Source of the DNA: an uncultured Actinomycetes bacterium
Lineage (GTDB): Bacteria; Actinomycetota; Thermoleophilia; RBG-16-64-13
Assembly: GCA_963806155.1 (NCBI GenBank)
Contig: CAWDXC010000018.1
Coordinates: 112,605 to 176,604 of the forward strand
Direction of reading: 5' to 3'
DNA: 64,000 bases
A program made the position numbers and the translations under genes. The notes below the pieces were generated by a model. That model worked only from the letters and a program-made list of their open reading frames with translations, was not told the DNA's origin and searched no databases. Below, in pieces: positions 19,675-29,153 of this stretch (positions within the stretch are counted from its first letter, which is position 1; every line of letters starts with the position of its first letter).

Positions 19675-22471
19675 ACCTCCACCTCTTCGCTCCGCCAGTC
19701 CGTAGGCCAGCTTCTTGGCATGGCTCGCCGCTGCAGGACGGCTTCCTTGGTGAAGGTGGCCGACATGCGCATGAAGCGAGCCACGAGCCCCGTCCAGCCG
19801 GTCTGGTGGCTCGCGCCCAGGCCGGCGCCCGTTGTCGCCGTGGAAGTACTCGTAGAAGAGCAGGTAGTCGCGCCAGTGGGGGTCGGTCTGGAACTTCTCG
19901 GCTCCGCCGAACACCGGACGACGACCGTCGGCGTCGCGCAGGAAGATCGCCGAGGAGCGGCGCATGATCTCCATGGCCGCGTCGAACAGCGTGGCCTGGA
20001 CTCCGGAACCGGTGGGACATTCGACCGTGAAGTCGTCGCCGTAGTAGCTGTAGAGGTTGAGGAGCGCCCGGACCAGCAGCGCGTTCGTCGGGAACCAGAT
20101 AGGACCGCGCCAGTTGGAGTTGCCGCCGAACATGCCCGAGTCGGACTCGGCGGGGAGGTAGTCCACCCGGAACTCCTGGCCGTCCGACGTCGAAGACATA
20201 GGGATGCTCAAGATGGTATCGGGACAGCGACCTCACCCCGTACGGGCTGAGGAACTCGTCCTCGTCCAGAAGCCGGGCCAGTACCTAGCCGCAGCTTCGC
20301 CTCGTTCAGGAGCGCAAGCAGGTGGCGGCCGTCTTCGCACGCGCCGGGGACACGATGTTGGCCGTGAGTTCGGGATGGTTCTGCGTGAACCAGACGGCCC
20401 GCTCTCTGAACTTGGGCAGCTTCTCGATGGCCTTCGTGGGGAAAGACGCTGCTCGCGCACAGCGAGAGCAGGCCCGACCATCGAGCGCACCTTAAGCCGG
20501 GTGGCGGAGCCGTCGGGCAGGCGAAGCAGATCGTAGAAGAAGCCGTCCTCCGGCGTCCCACATCTCGTCTTCGTGCTCGCCCATGCGGTCCATGGCGCCG
20601 GCGATCCACAGGAAGTGCTCGTAGAACTTGCAGGCCAGCACCTCGTAGGCGGGGTTGTCGATGGCCAGCTTCACGGCCATGCGACAGCATGTTCTGGCAG
20701 AAGAAGGCCATCCAGGCCGTGCCGTCGGCCTGCTCCAGGTAGCCGCCCGTGGGCAGGGGCGCGCTACGATCGAACACGCCGATGTTGTCCAGGCCGAGGA
20801 AGCCGCCCTCGAACACGTTGCTGCCGGTCCGGTCCTTGCGGTTGACCCACCAGGTGAAGGTCATGAGCAGCTTGACGAACATCCGCTCGAGGAACTCCAG
20901 GTCCCCCTGCCCGTTGATCTCTCTGCTCGAGGTTGAAGAGGAAGTCGGCCGCCCAGGCGTGGACCGGCGGGTTCACGTCGCCGAAGTCCCACTCGTAGGC
21001 CGGAATCTGACCGTTGGGGTGCAGGTAGTTCTCGTTGAGCATCAGTTCGAGCTGCTGCTTGGCGAAGTCGAGGTCGACCATCGAGAGCGCGATGGTATGA
21101 AAGGCCAGGTCCCAGGCGGCGAACCAGGGGTATTCCCATTTGTCGGGCATGGAGATGATGTCCTGGTTCACCATGTGGAACCAGTTGGAGTTGCGACGTC
21201 GGAGGCCTCGGCCCCCCTTCTCTCCCGGCCCCGCGGTCGCCGCAGCCACCGATCGACGTCGTAGTGTAGCACTGCTTGGTCCACAGCATCCCGGCCATCG
21301 CCTGGCGCATGACCAACGCCCCGTCCTGGCCGAGCTCGGGCGGCGTGAGGGCGGCGTAGAACTCGTCGGCCTCGGCTTGGCGGGCTGCGAAGACGGGTCG
21401 AAGTCGGGGCCGAGCGAGGCTTCGGCGGCAGGTGCCGCCCTTGCAGGCTCGGCGTTCGCGGCCCGCAGCCGGAGGCGCAGAACGGCGCTCTCGCCCGGGT
21501 GCGATGGTGACCAGGTAGTGGGCGGCGCGCCTTCGTGCCTTCACGCGTCGGGGTTCACCGCGTCCTCGGCGCCGGCCACCACGTAGTCGTTTATGCCGTC
21601 CTTCACGTACTGCGCGCGATTGGGCGTGCCGAAGACACGCTCGGTGTTCGTCTCGTTGTTCACCACGAGGAGCCGGGGGTCGCCCTCGCAGACGAGGCGG
21701 TAGGTGCCCAGGACGGGGTGCTGGGCCTCGCAGAGTCCGGCAGGATGCCGCGCCCGATTCGCCGCCGGCTGCCCGCGATTTGCCCGACGGAGCAGGCAGC
21801 GTCGATCCGAGGCCGCGGCTCGTCCTCCGGGCGGTGCCACCACGTGTTGCGGAACCAGAGCGTGGGCAGGAGGTGCAGCGTCGCCGGCTCCGGACCGCGG
21901 TTCCAGGCCGTCACCCGGACCAGGAGGTCCTCGGGGGAGGCCTTCGCATACTCGACGAACACGTCGAAATAGCGGTCTTCGTCGAAGACACCCGTGTCGA
22001 TGAGTTCGTACTCCAGCTCGTGCCGCCCGCGGGATGCGTTGGTCTGCACCAGATCGTCGTAGGGAAAGGCGGATTGCGGATACTTGTACAGATACTTCAT
22101 GTAGGAGTGGGTGGGGGTGGAGTCGAGGTAGTAGTAGTACTCCTTGACGTCCTCTCCGTGGTTGCCCTCGCTGTTGGTGAGTCCGAAGAGCCGTTCCTTG
22201 ATGATGGGATCGACGCCGTTCCAGAGGGCCAGGGCGAAGCAGAGGTGTCTGCTTGTCGTCGGAGATGCCGGCCAGTCCCGTCCTCGCCCCAGCGGTAGGC
22301 GCGGGACCGGGCCTGGTCGTGGGTGAAATAGTTCCAGGCGTCGCCCGTGTCGCTGTAGTCTTCGCGCACGGTCCCCCACTGGCGCTCGCTCAGGTAGGGA
22401 CCCCACTTGCGCCAGGGCGCTCCTGTCTCTCTGGTCTCGCGCAAACGCATGTTCTCGACTGCTTCGGCCAT
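19671..22471 (-). CDS. GH63-like (MGH1-like) glucosidase; frameshifted
   Basis: [103 protein letters not shown]; ATGA overlap with the GH13 gene. Confidence 0.88.
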
Positions 22472-22605
22472 GGCTCTTCTCTCCTCCGAGTGCTCTACTA
22501 CTGGGATTCCCCTGAGCCGGGCGCCCGAAACCCTGCGTGCGCGTCGCGTCTGGTGCGCCACGCAGAAGGGCGACGGCCGTCGCGCGACGGTATGCCGCCA
22601 AACGA

Positions 22606-22634
22606 GGAAGGCCGGCCTTTGGGGCCGGCCTTCC
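22606..22634. terminator. GC-rich hairpin downstream of the SHOCT operon
   Basis: GGAAGGCCGGCC-TTTGG-GGCCGGCCTTCC. Confidence 0.6.
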
Positions 22635-22664
22635 GTCGCGCCGTCTCTCTGTCGCGGCCCGGTC

Positions 22665-23117
22665 CTAGACCATCGCTTTCCGCTTCAGCTCCTCGAACTC
22701 CTCCTCGGTGATCGCGCCCGAGTCTTTCAGAGCCTGGGCTTTGGCGATCTCCTCGGCGGCGGAATAGCCGGCGGCGCGTTTCTGCCGTGCCTGGGCCTCT
22801 TCGATCATCTGCTTGTCCTGCTCGGTCATCTTGGGCCGGGCGATCATGTAGACGAGAAGGCCGATCAGCGGGATGAAGATCAGGAAGATGAGCCAGCCCG
22901 CCTTAGCCCCGCCGCCGATGTCGTTCCGGCGGAAGATGTCGGCGAAGACGGTGATGAAGATCCAGATGTAGATGATCCAGAAGAAGAACACAGCCATAGT
23001 CCAGAGAACGCTGCCGGTTCCCCACTGGTTAACTGGCGAGCCACACCCCGTAAGGGTGAGCAACAGGATGCCGATCAACAGAACTGGGAAGAACAACCGC
23101 TTCAAGACTTGCTTCAT
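22665..23117 (-). CDS. PLDc_N + SHOCT domain membrane protein
   Basis: [37 protein letters not shown]; [25 protein letters not shown]. Confidence 0.85.
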   Translation of the reverse strand: MKQVLKRLFFPVLLIGILLLTLTGCGSPVNQWGTGSVLWTMAVFFFWIIYIWIFITVFADIFRRNDIGGGAKAGWLIFLIFIPLIGLLVYMIARPKMTEQDKQMIEEAQARQKRAAGYSAAEEIAKAQALKDSGAITEEEFEELKRKAMV

Positions 23118-23148
23118 AACCCCACCCTTTCTCTTGGACTTTGACCGG

Positions 23149-23490
23149 CTACAATCCTAGCAGCTTAGCCTTGGCGGCTGCGAACTCCTCCGGCGACAGG
23201 ATGCCGGCCTGCTGCATCTGGGCCAGCTGCTGGAGCTGAGCCATGGTGTCGGGTGCAGCCGGCGCCGGGGTGGCCGCCGGCTGGGCCGCCTGCATGGCAG
23301 CCTGTTGCTGCGCCACGGCCTGGGCGGCGGCAGCGTCCATGGCGGCTTGTTGCTGCTGTTGCTCGTAGGCCGCCTCTTGCTGCTGCTCGGCAGCCTTCTT
23401 CTGCTGATGGCCGTGCACCGCTCCAGCCGTACCTGCTACCACGGCTGTGGTGGCCGCCACTCTCACCAGTCCGCCTCGTCTCCTTCGCAT
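23149..23490 (-). CDS. SHOCT-domain protein
   Basis: GLVRVAATTAVVAGTAGAV...QLQQLAQMQQAGILSPEEFAAAKAKLLG. Confidence 0.85.
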   Translation of the reverse strand: MRRRRGGLVRVAATTAVVAGTAGAVHGHQQKKAAEQQQEAAYEQQQQQAAMDAAAAQAVAQQQAAMQAAQPAATPAPAAPDTMAQLQQLAQMQQAGILSPEEFAAAKAKLLGL

Positions 23491-23521
23491 GACGCTTGGT
23501 CTCCTTTCAGTCTGTGATCAC

Positions 23522-23956
23522 TCAGTCTTTAGAGCGCCTTCGCCTCGTCGATAGCGGCCTGCACCGCTTCGTGCGGTATGCGGGCGTAGTCCACCAGGAT
23601 GCCGTCAGCTTCAAGGAGGGTCTCCGTGAAGTGCCGGGCCCAGAGGTTCTCCCATACCAGCACCGCCGCCGAAGTATTGGGTTCGAGTTGGTCGGCAAAG
23701 AACTGAGGTCCTCTTCGCCCAACAGATCGCCCACTTCTTTCTCAAAGGCAAAGGCTTCCGCCTCCTCGGTGGCCAGGTCCTCCAGCTCGAAGGCGAGCAC
23801 CGAGCCGTCGGCGTCTTTCGAGACGAAGGCCAGGTCCATCACGCGGATGGTCCCGTTCTTGACCAGATCCCCCAGGGCCGGAAGGATATCTCCCTTGAAC
23901 TTGTTCCCCGGAAACCCGATGACGATGTATTCCACAGGCCCCAACGACAACGACAT
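23522..23956 (-). CDS. DUF6325-family protein (C-terminal frameshift likely)
   Basis: GPVEYIVIGFPGNKFKGDILPALGDLVKNGTIRVMDLAFVSKDADGSV. Confidence 0.8.
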   Translation of the reverse strand: MSLSLGPVEYIVIGFPGNKFKGDILPALGDLVKNGTIRVMDLAFVSKDADGSVLAFELEDLATEEAEAFAFEKEVGDLLGEEDLSSLPTNSNPILRRRCWYGRTSGPGTSRRPSLKLTASWWTTPAYRTKRCRPLSTRRRRSKD

Positions 23957-24049
23957 GGTTCTGCCTCGCTTTCCTCAGCCAGTTCTCTTGAAGGCCCGGG
24001 GCTCTTGGATGCAGCGCAGTGAACGGCAAACCATAGCGGGCCAAGATCA

Positions 24050-24093
24050 AGTCTAGGAGACGAGCGGGAAGACAGCAAGCACCCAAAAGGGGC
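24050..24093 (-). promoter_or_regulatory. Putative operator of the MalT-like regulator plus -10 element for the DUF6325-SHOCT operon
   Basis: GCACC-N5-GGGGC at 24079-24093, then 23 nt, then TAGACT on the minus strand (24055-24050); same geometry as the site at 26949. Confidence 0.55.
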
Positions 24094-24196
24094 CAATGAT
24101 GGTGCAGCCGGCCGTCCGCGGCTTCTTCTTTAGCACGCAGGCTGCGCGGCTCCCGCGCCGCTCTCGGTATGGAGTCTGGTAGGCTAGAACCAAAAG

Positions 24197-26905
24197 ATGA
24201 GTACCAACGTCGCCATCCTACGTCCCAAGCTTCGGCCGCCCCGAGTGGGGCCGAACCGACTGGCGAGGCAAAGGCTGCTCGCGCGGTTGGACCAGGGGCT
24301 CACCGGGCCGTTCACCCTTGTGGCAGCTCCGGCGGGCTATGGGAAGACGACGCTGCTCGCCCAGTGGGTCAGCGGGCAAGATCGGCCCTCGGCCTGGCTC
24401 ACCTTGGACGAGGGGGACAACGACCCCGACCTGCTCTTGGAGGAGCTGGTGGCGGCGGTCAGGACTGTGTCTTCCGACTCCTGCCACGGCACCAAATCTC
24501 TGCTCGGCCGGCCCGCCCTTCCGCCGCTCGAGTTGCTGGTCCGGGAGTTCACAAACGACCTCGATGAGCTCGATGCGTTCATCCTGGTGTTGGACGACTT
24601 CCACAACCTCAAAGATTTGCATACCCTCGAGATACTCAGACGCCTGATCTATCAGCCTCCGCAATCGCTACATCTCGTCCTTTCCTCCCGGGCGGATCCG
24701 CTGCTACCGCTCGGCGCTCTACGTGGACGGGGCCTCCTGAACGAGGTGCGGGCGGCCGATCTGCGCTTCAGCTACGAGGAGGCGGTGGAGTATCTGGGGC
24801 ACGCATTCGGCCGTCCTCTGACGGACGCCCAGCTCTCTTCTCTGCTTGAGCGGACCGAGGGTTGGATCGCTGGCCTCCATCTGGCCGCCCTCTCTCTTCT
24901 GGGCCGCGAGGACATCGAGCAAGGCATCCGAGAGTTCGCAGGCAGCGACCGCTACGTCGCCGACTATCTCATGGACGAGCTCTGGGCCCAACTCGATCCG
25001 ACAGTCCGGAGCTACCTCATGGCCACTTCGATCCTCGACCGGCTGTCCGCCCCTCTGTGCCGGGCGGTCCTAGGTGAGGGGGCCATCGACTCCTTCGAGG
25101 GGCGACCGATGCTCGAGTGGCTGGAAGACTCGAACCTCTTCGTCGTCTCGCTGGACGAACGTCGGGAGTGGTTTCGCTACCACCACCTCTTCCGCGACCT
25201 CTTGCGTCGCTCGCTCCATGCTACTTCCTCCCCGAGGGACGTGGCCGCACTCCATATCCAGGCCGCCCGATGGCTGGGTGCCCGCGACCGGGTCGAAGAC
25301 GCTCTCGGCCACTTCCTTAGGGCGGAAAGCCCGGAGTTGGCCGCAGACCTCGTCGAGGCGCACCGCAGGGTCGCAATCGACGGGGAGCGATGGCGCGCTC
25401 TAGAGCGGTGGGTGGGCAAGCTGGGCCCAGACATCGTCGGCGGGCGCCCCTCGCTCGTGTTGATCCATGCCTGGCTGGCGCAACAGCGGGGGGACTATGC
25501 AGAGATGTCTCGCCACTGCCAGCGCGCCGAACAACTACTGGACCTTCGGGACGAGCCGCCTGGTGACGACGAGGCCCTCAGGGGAGAGATCGCCGGGTTG
25601 CGCGCGCAAACCAGCTATTGGCAGGCCGACGGCGAGAAGACCTTGGTCTATTCTCGCCAAGCGCTGAGCAGTCTTCCCCCCGACTATCGCCTCGCTCGGG
25701 CAACGGCCACGCTCTTCGAGGCTGCCGGCCTGCACCTGCTTGGTCAGAACCAAGCCGCTTTCGATGTCTTCCGTCGGGGCTCCTACGGAGAATACGGGAG
25801 AGGTCTCCATCCCCGGGCCATGATCGGGCTGGCCTTGATAGCTTTCGCCACCAGCGACGTCGACTACGCATACCGGGTAGCGAACCTGCTGCTGTCCCAG
25901 GCGATCGACGCTGGCCTGGAGGAGAGTGCCGGCTGGGCGCACTACTTCTTGGGACTGACCGCGTATCAGCGGAACGACCTCTCTGCGGCCGAAGCGCATT
26001 TCAGAGCCATCGACCCGTACGCATCGCACGTCGTCCCGGCCAGACAGAGCTCATATGGCTTGGCCTGGGTACGGCAGGCTCAGGGCAGACCAGACGAGGC
26101 TCTTGAGGCCATGGAGTTGATGGCATCCGTCGTTTCCGATCTCAATCTCCCCTTCGGTCAGGAGGTTCGGCTGCTACGGGCCCGGTTGGCCGCCCTGTCC
26201 GGTCGGCCCATCAGCGAGGTGGCCTTGGCGCGTAGCCTTCTTCCTTCGGAAGGTAACGGACTTCTCCAACTCAATATGTGCCACGAGCTCAGCGCGATCA
26301 GTGCCCTAGCGGTGCTGCTGATGGAGGGGAGCGACGACGACCTTGCTGCTTGCCAAGTGGCGCTGCGACGCCTGCTCGCGAGCGCAGAGACCACCGGCAA
26401 CTCCTTCCGCTCTGTGCAGTGTCTCATCCTGCAGGCGCTCATTCTTGACCGGCAGGACCGGAATTCCGAGGCCCTGGCCTCGCTGGCCCAGGCTGTGGAG
26501 TTGGCGAAGCCCGGTCGTCTCGTCCGGTTGTTCCCCGAGATGGGTGACCGGGTGCATGCGCTACTGCAGGCGCTCCAGGTTCGAGGGGGCAGTGACGCCT
26601 TCTTGGACGAGGTGGTCGCCTCGTTCACGGGGGAGGAGCTTCCGTCCGGCCACGCTTCTCTACCGCACGCGTCGGTCTCCGGCCGGGAATACCCGATCGA
26701 CACCCTTCTGACCAACCGCGAGCTTGATGTGCTGGAACTACTAGACCAACGTCTCAGCAATAAGGAGATCGCGAAGCGGTTGGTCATCTCTCCCGCCACG
26801 GTGAAGCGTCACACCCTCAGCATCTACCGCAAGCTGGGGGTGGGGAGCAGGCGCGAGGCAGCAGCGAAGGCACGGCACGTGGGGATCCTTTCAGGCTCCC
26901 GATAG
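24197..26905 (+). CDS. MalT-like STAND ATPase / LuxR-family transcriptional regulator
   Basis: KLRPP, APAGYGKTTLLAQW, AWLTLDEGDNDP, LVLDDFH, RTEGWIAGL, WFRYHHLFRD, LuxR HTH LTNRELDVL...SNKEIAKRLVISPATVKRH. Confidence 0.95.
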   Translation: MSTNVAILRPKLRPPRVGPNRLARQRLLARLDQGLTGPFTLVAAPAGYGKTTLLAQWVSGQDRPSAWLTLDEGDNDPDLLLEELVAAVRTVSSDSCHGTKSLLGRPALPPLELLVREFTNDLDELDAFILVLDDFHNLKDLHTLEILRRLIYQPPQSLHLVLSSRADPLLPLGALRGRGLLNEVRAADLRFSYEEAVEYLGHAFGRPLTDAQLSSLLERTEGWIAGLHLAALSLLGREDIEQGIREFAGSDRYVADYLMDELWAQLDPTVRSYLMATSILDRLSAPLCRAVLGEGAIDSFEGRPMLEWLEDSNLFVVSLDERREWFRYHHLFRDLLRRSLHATSSPRDVAALHIQAARWLGARDRVEDALGHFLRAESPELAADLVEAHRRVAIDGERWRALERWVGKLGPDIVGGRPSLVLIHAWLAQQRGDYAEMSRHCQRAEQLLDLRDEPPGDDEALRGEIAGLRAQTSYWQADGEKTLVYSRQALSSLPPDYRLARATATLFEAAGLHLLGQNQAAFDVFRRGSYGEYGRGLHPRAMIGLALIAFATSDVDYAYRVANLLLSQAIDAGLEESAGWAHYFLGLTAYQRNDLSAAEAHFRAIDPYASHVVPARQSSYGLAWVRQAQGRPDEALEAMELMASVVSDLNLPFGQEVRLLRARLAALSGRPISEVALARSLLPSEGNGLLQLNMCHELSAISALAVLLMEGSDDDLAACQVALRRLLASAETTGNSFRSVQCLILQALILDRQDRNSEALASLAQAVELAKPGRLVRLFPEMGDRVHALLQALQVRGGSDAFLDEVVASFTGEELPSGHASLPHASVSGREYPIDTLLTNRELDVLELLDQRLSNKEIAKRLVISPATVKRHTLSIYRKLGVGSRREAAAKARHVGILSGSR

Positions 26906-26948
26906 CACCGTCCACCCGGGCTCGCCCGCCCAAACCCTGGCCATACTT

Positions 26949-26992
26949 GCACCTTTGTGGTGCTGTCCGGGCGTGGTCCCTTGGTCTAGTCT
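26949..26992 (+). promoter_or_regulatory. Putative operator of the MalT-like regulator plus -10 element
   Basis: GCACC-TTTGT-GGTGC palindrome (26949-26963), 23 nt spacer, TAGTCT (26987-26992). Confidence 0.55.
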
Positions 26993-27028
26993 GAGATGAA
27001 ACGCTCGGACAGCATTGGGGGCCAGAGC

Positions 27029-27283
27029 ATGACATCGACCAACCTACCCGGCATCCCCGGCGACACGCCGACTCTCTACGAGGTCCGGGTCCGTGACGCC
27101 TTCGACCCATCCTGGTGTGACCTCATCGACGGGATGACCCTGGATGTTGTCCGTGAAGGGCCCCAAGCTGTGACGGTGTTTCGCGTGGTCGTGCAGGACC
27201 AGGCCGCACTGGCTGGCCTCCTGGACGCACTGTTCGGCGTCAACGCCACGGTTCTCTCGGTCACAGCCCTGGAAGCGGCCTAG
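27029..27283 (+). CDS. Small ACT-like protein of the type found beside MalT-like regulators
   Basis: YEVRVRDAFDPSW...VQDQAALAGLLDALFGVNATVLSV. Confidence 0.7.
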   Translation: MTSTNLPGIPGDTPTLYEVRVRDAFDPSWCDLIDGMTLDVVREGPQAVTVFRVVVQDQAALAGLLDALFGVNATVLSVTALEAA

Positions 27284-27300
27284 GAGCAGTAGGAGTCTTC

Positions 27301-28395
27301 ATGAAAGCACTAGCGGCGTTTCCTTCGAGTCGTGAGGTCCGGCTTATCGACCACCCCGAGCGGGTGATCTCCAGCGAGACCGAGGTCAAACTGCGCATAC
27401 TCGAGGCCGGGATCTGCGGGACCGACCGCGAGATCACCTCGTGGCAGTACGGCACTCCGCCGGCCGACTCCCCCTACCTCGTTGTCGGGCACGAGGCCCT
27501 CGGCGAAGTCGTTGAGGTCGGAAGCGGCGTCACCGGCTTGGCGCCCGGCGACTTGGCGGTGCCGACGGTGCGCCGCCCCTGCCCGGATGACTGGTGTGGC
27601 CCTTGTCGTCACGGCCGCCAGGACTTCTGTATCACCGGCGATTTCACTGAGCGGGGCATCAAGGGGGTCCATGGCTACATGACCGAGCTCGTCGTCGACG
27701 ACGAGCGGTACATCGTCAAAGTGCCGCAGGAGTTGCGCGAGGTGGCTGTCCTTCTGGAACCGCTCACGGTGGCTGAGAAGGCCGCGGAGCAGACACGTGT
27801 CCTGACGCAGCGGCTGCCCGGCGACCTCAAGAACGATCCCAGCAACCTTTCCGCGGTCGTCCTGGGAGCCGGCCCCATCGGGCTCTTGGGCGCGATGAAG
27901 CTTATAAGTGGCGGGTTCAATACCTGGGTCTATTCCATGGATCAGCCCGACAGCCCGAATGTCAGGATAGTGTCCGCCATCGGCGCTCGGTTCATCTCGG
28001 CGGCGGAGCACCCACCCACGGACCTGGCCGAGATAGTCGGGAACATCAGCCTGATGTATGAGGCCACCGGTATCGCCAAGGTCGCCTTCGGCGCACTGAG
28101 CGTGCTGGGGGTGAACGGTGTCTTTCTTTCCACCGGAGTGCCGGCGTTAGGGCAACCGATCGAGATCGAAGCAGCAGGGATCATGCGCAACCTTGTGCTC
28201 AACAACCAGGCTATGCTCGGCACGGTCAACGCGGGCCGCGCCTCCTTTGAGGAAGGACTACAGGACCTGGCATCCTTCATGCAGCGCTTTCCGGACGCTG
28301 TTCGCGATCTGATCACAGCCCGGGTGCCCCTCGACGGGGCCCGAGATGCCGTCCTCTCCCGGGGCGGGATCAAGACCGTCATCACGGTCGCGTGA
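27301..28395 (+). CDS. Zn-dependent glucose 1-dehydrogenase-like (MDR family)
   Basis: GICGTDREI, GHEALG, VPTVRRPC...CGPC..GRQDFC, ERGIKGVHGYM, GAGPIG, GTVNA. Confidence 0.88.
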   Translation: MKALAAFPSSREVRLIDHPERVISSETEVKLRILEAGICGTDREITSWQYGTPPADSPYLVVGHEALGEVVEVGSGVTGLAPGDLAVPTVRRPCPDDWCGPCRHGRQDFCITGDFTERGIKGVHGYMTELVVDDERYIVKVPQELREVAVLLEPLTVAEKAAEQTRVLTQRLPGDLKNDPSNLSAVVLGAGPIGLLGAMKLISGGFNTWVYSMDQPDSPNVRIVSAIGARFISAAEHPPTDLAEIVGNISLMYEATGIAKVAFGALSVLGVNGVFLSTGVPALGQPIEIEAAGIMRNLVLNNQAMLGTVNAGRASFEEGLQDLASFMQRFPDAVRDLITARVPLDGARDAVLSRGGIKTVITVA

Positions 28396-28449
28396 GGCCA
28401 GGGGTCGGCGTGGGCCACGGTGGCGTGAGGCAGTAGGCGGGAGGGGACG

Positions 28450-29091
28450 ATGACTTCACCTTGGATCGACGTCTCGGTGACGCTGCGGACCGGAATGGTC
28501 AACTGGCCCGGTGATCCGCCGGTCCGTTTCAGCCATGCCTCGAGCATCGAGCGGGGCGATCCGGCCACGGTTTCACTTCTCGAGATGGGCGCGCACACGG
28601 GCACCCACATGGATGCGCCGGCGCACTTCGTGCGCGGCGGCATCGGCATCGACGAGATGCCACTTGATGCGGCCATAGGTACCGCGCGGGTGATCGCCAT
28701 CCGTGATCGCGAGTCCATCAAGGTCGATGAACTCGAGCAGTATTCGCTCCGGCGTGGCGAGCGGATCCTGTTCAAGACATACAACTCGGAGCACTGCTGG
28801 GACGCCGACGGTTTCGTCGAGGACTTCGTATACCTTTCGGCGCCGGCAGCCTCCTATCTGGTCGAGCGCCGGGTGCGGCTGGTGGGCATCGACTATCTCT
28901 CCGTCGGCGGCTTCACGGCCGATGGAGTGGAGACCCACCAGGCCCTGTTGAACGCCGGAGTCTGGATCGTCGAGGGGCTCGACCTGAAACACGTCCGGCC
29001 GGGTCGGGTGCAACTCATCTGCCTGCCCCTCAAGATCGCCGCGGGCGACGGAGCGCCCGCCCGGGCGCTCGTGCGCCAGCTCGGCGGATAG
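28450..29091 (+). CDS. Cyclase family / kynurenine formamidase-like protein
   Basis: WPGDP, HTGTHMDAPAHF, VGIDYLSV, IVEGL, GDGAPARA. Confidence 0.9.
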   Translation: MTSPWIDVSVTLRTGMVNWPGDPPVRFSHASSIERGDPATVSLLEMGAHTGTHMDAPAHFVRGGIGIDEMPLDAAIGTARVIAIRDRESIKVDELEQYSLRRGERILFKTYNSEHCWDADGFVEDFVYLSAPAASYLVERRVRLVGIDYLSVGGFTADGVETHQALLNAGVWIVEGLDLKHVRPGRVQLICLPLKIAAGDGAPARALVRQLGG

Positions 29092-29153
29092 GCGACGAAC
29101 AGACGGCGAATGAAATCGCCCGGACTGTCCAAGTGACCAAAGGAGAAACGATC

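Noticed and set aside
18334-20211. 625-aa ORF joining glucosidase and amylase sequence
   Set aside because: Frameshift artefact; the glucosidase has its own stop at 19671-19673 overlapping the GH13 start.
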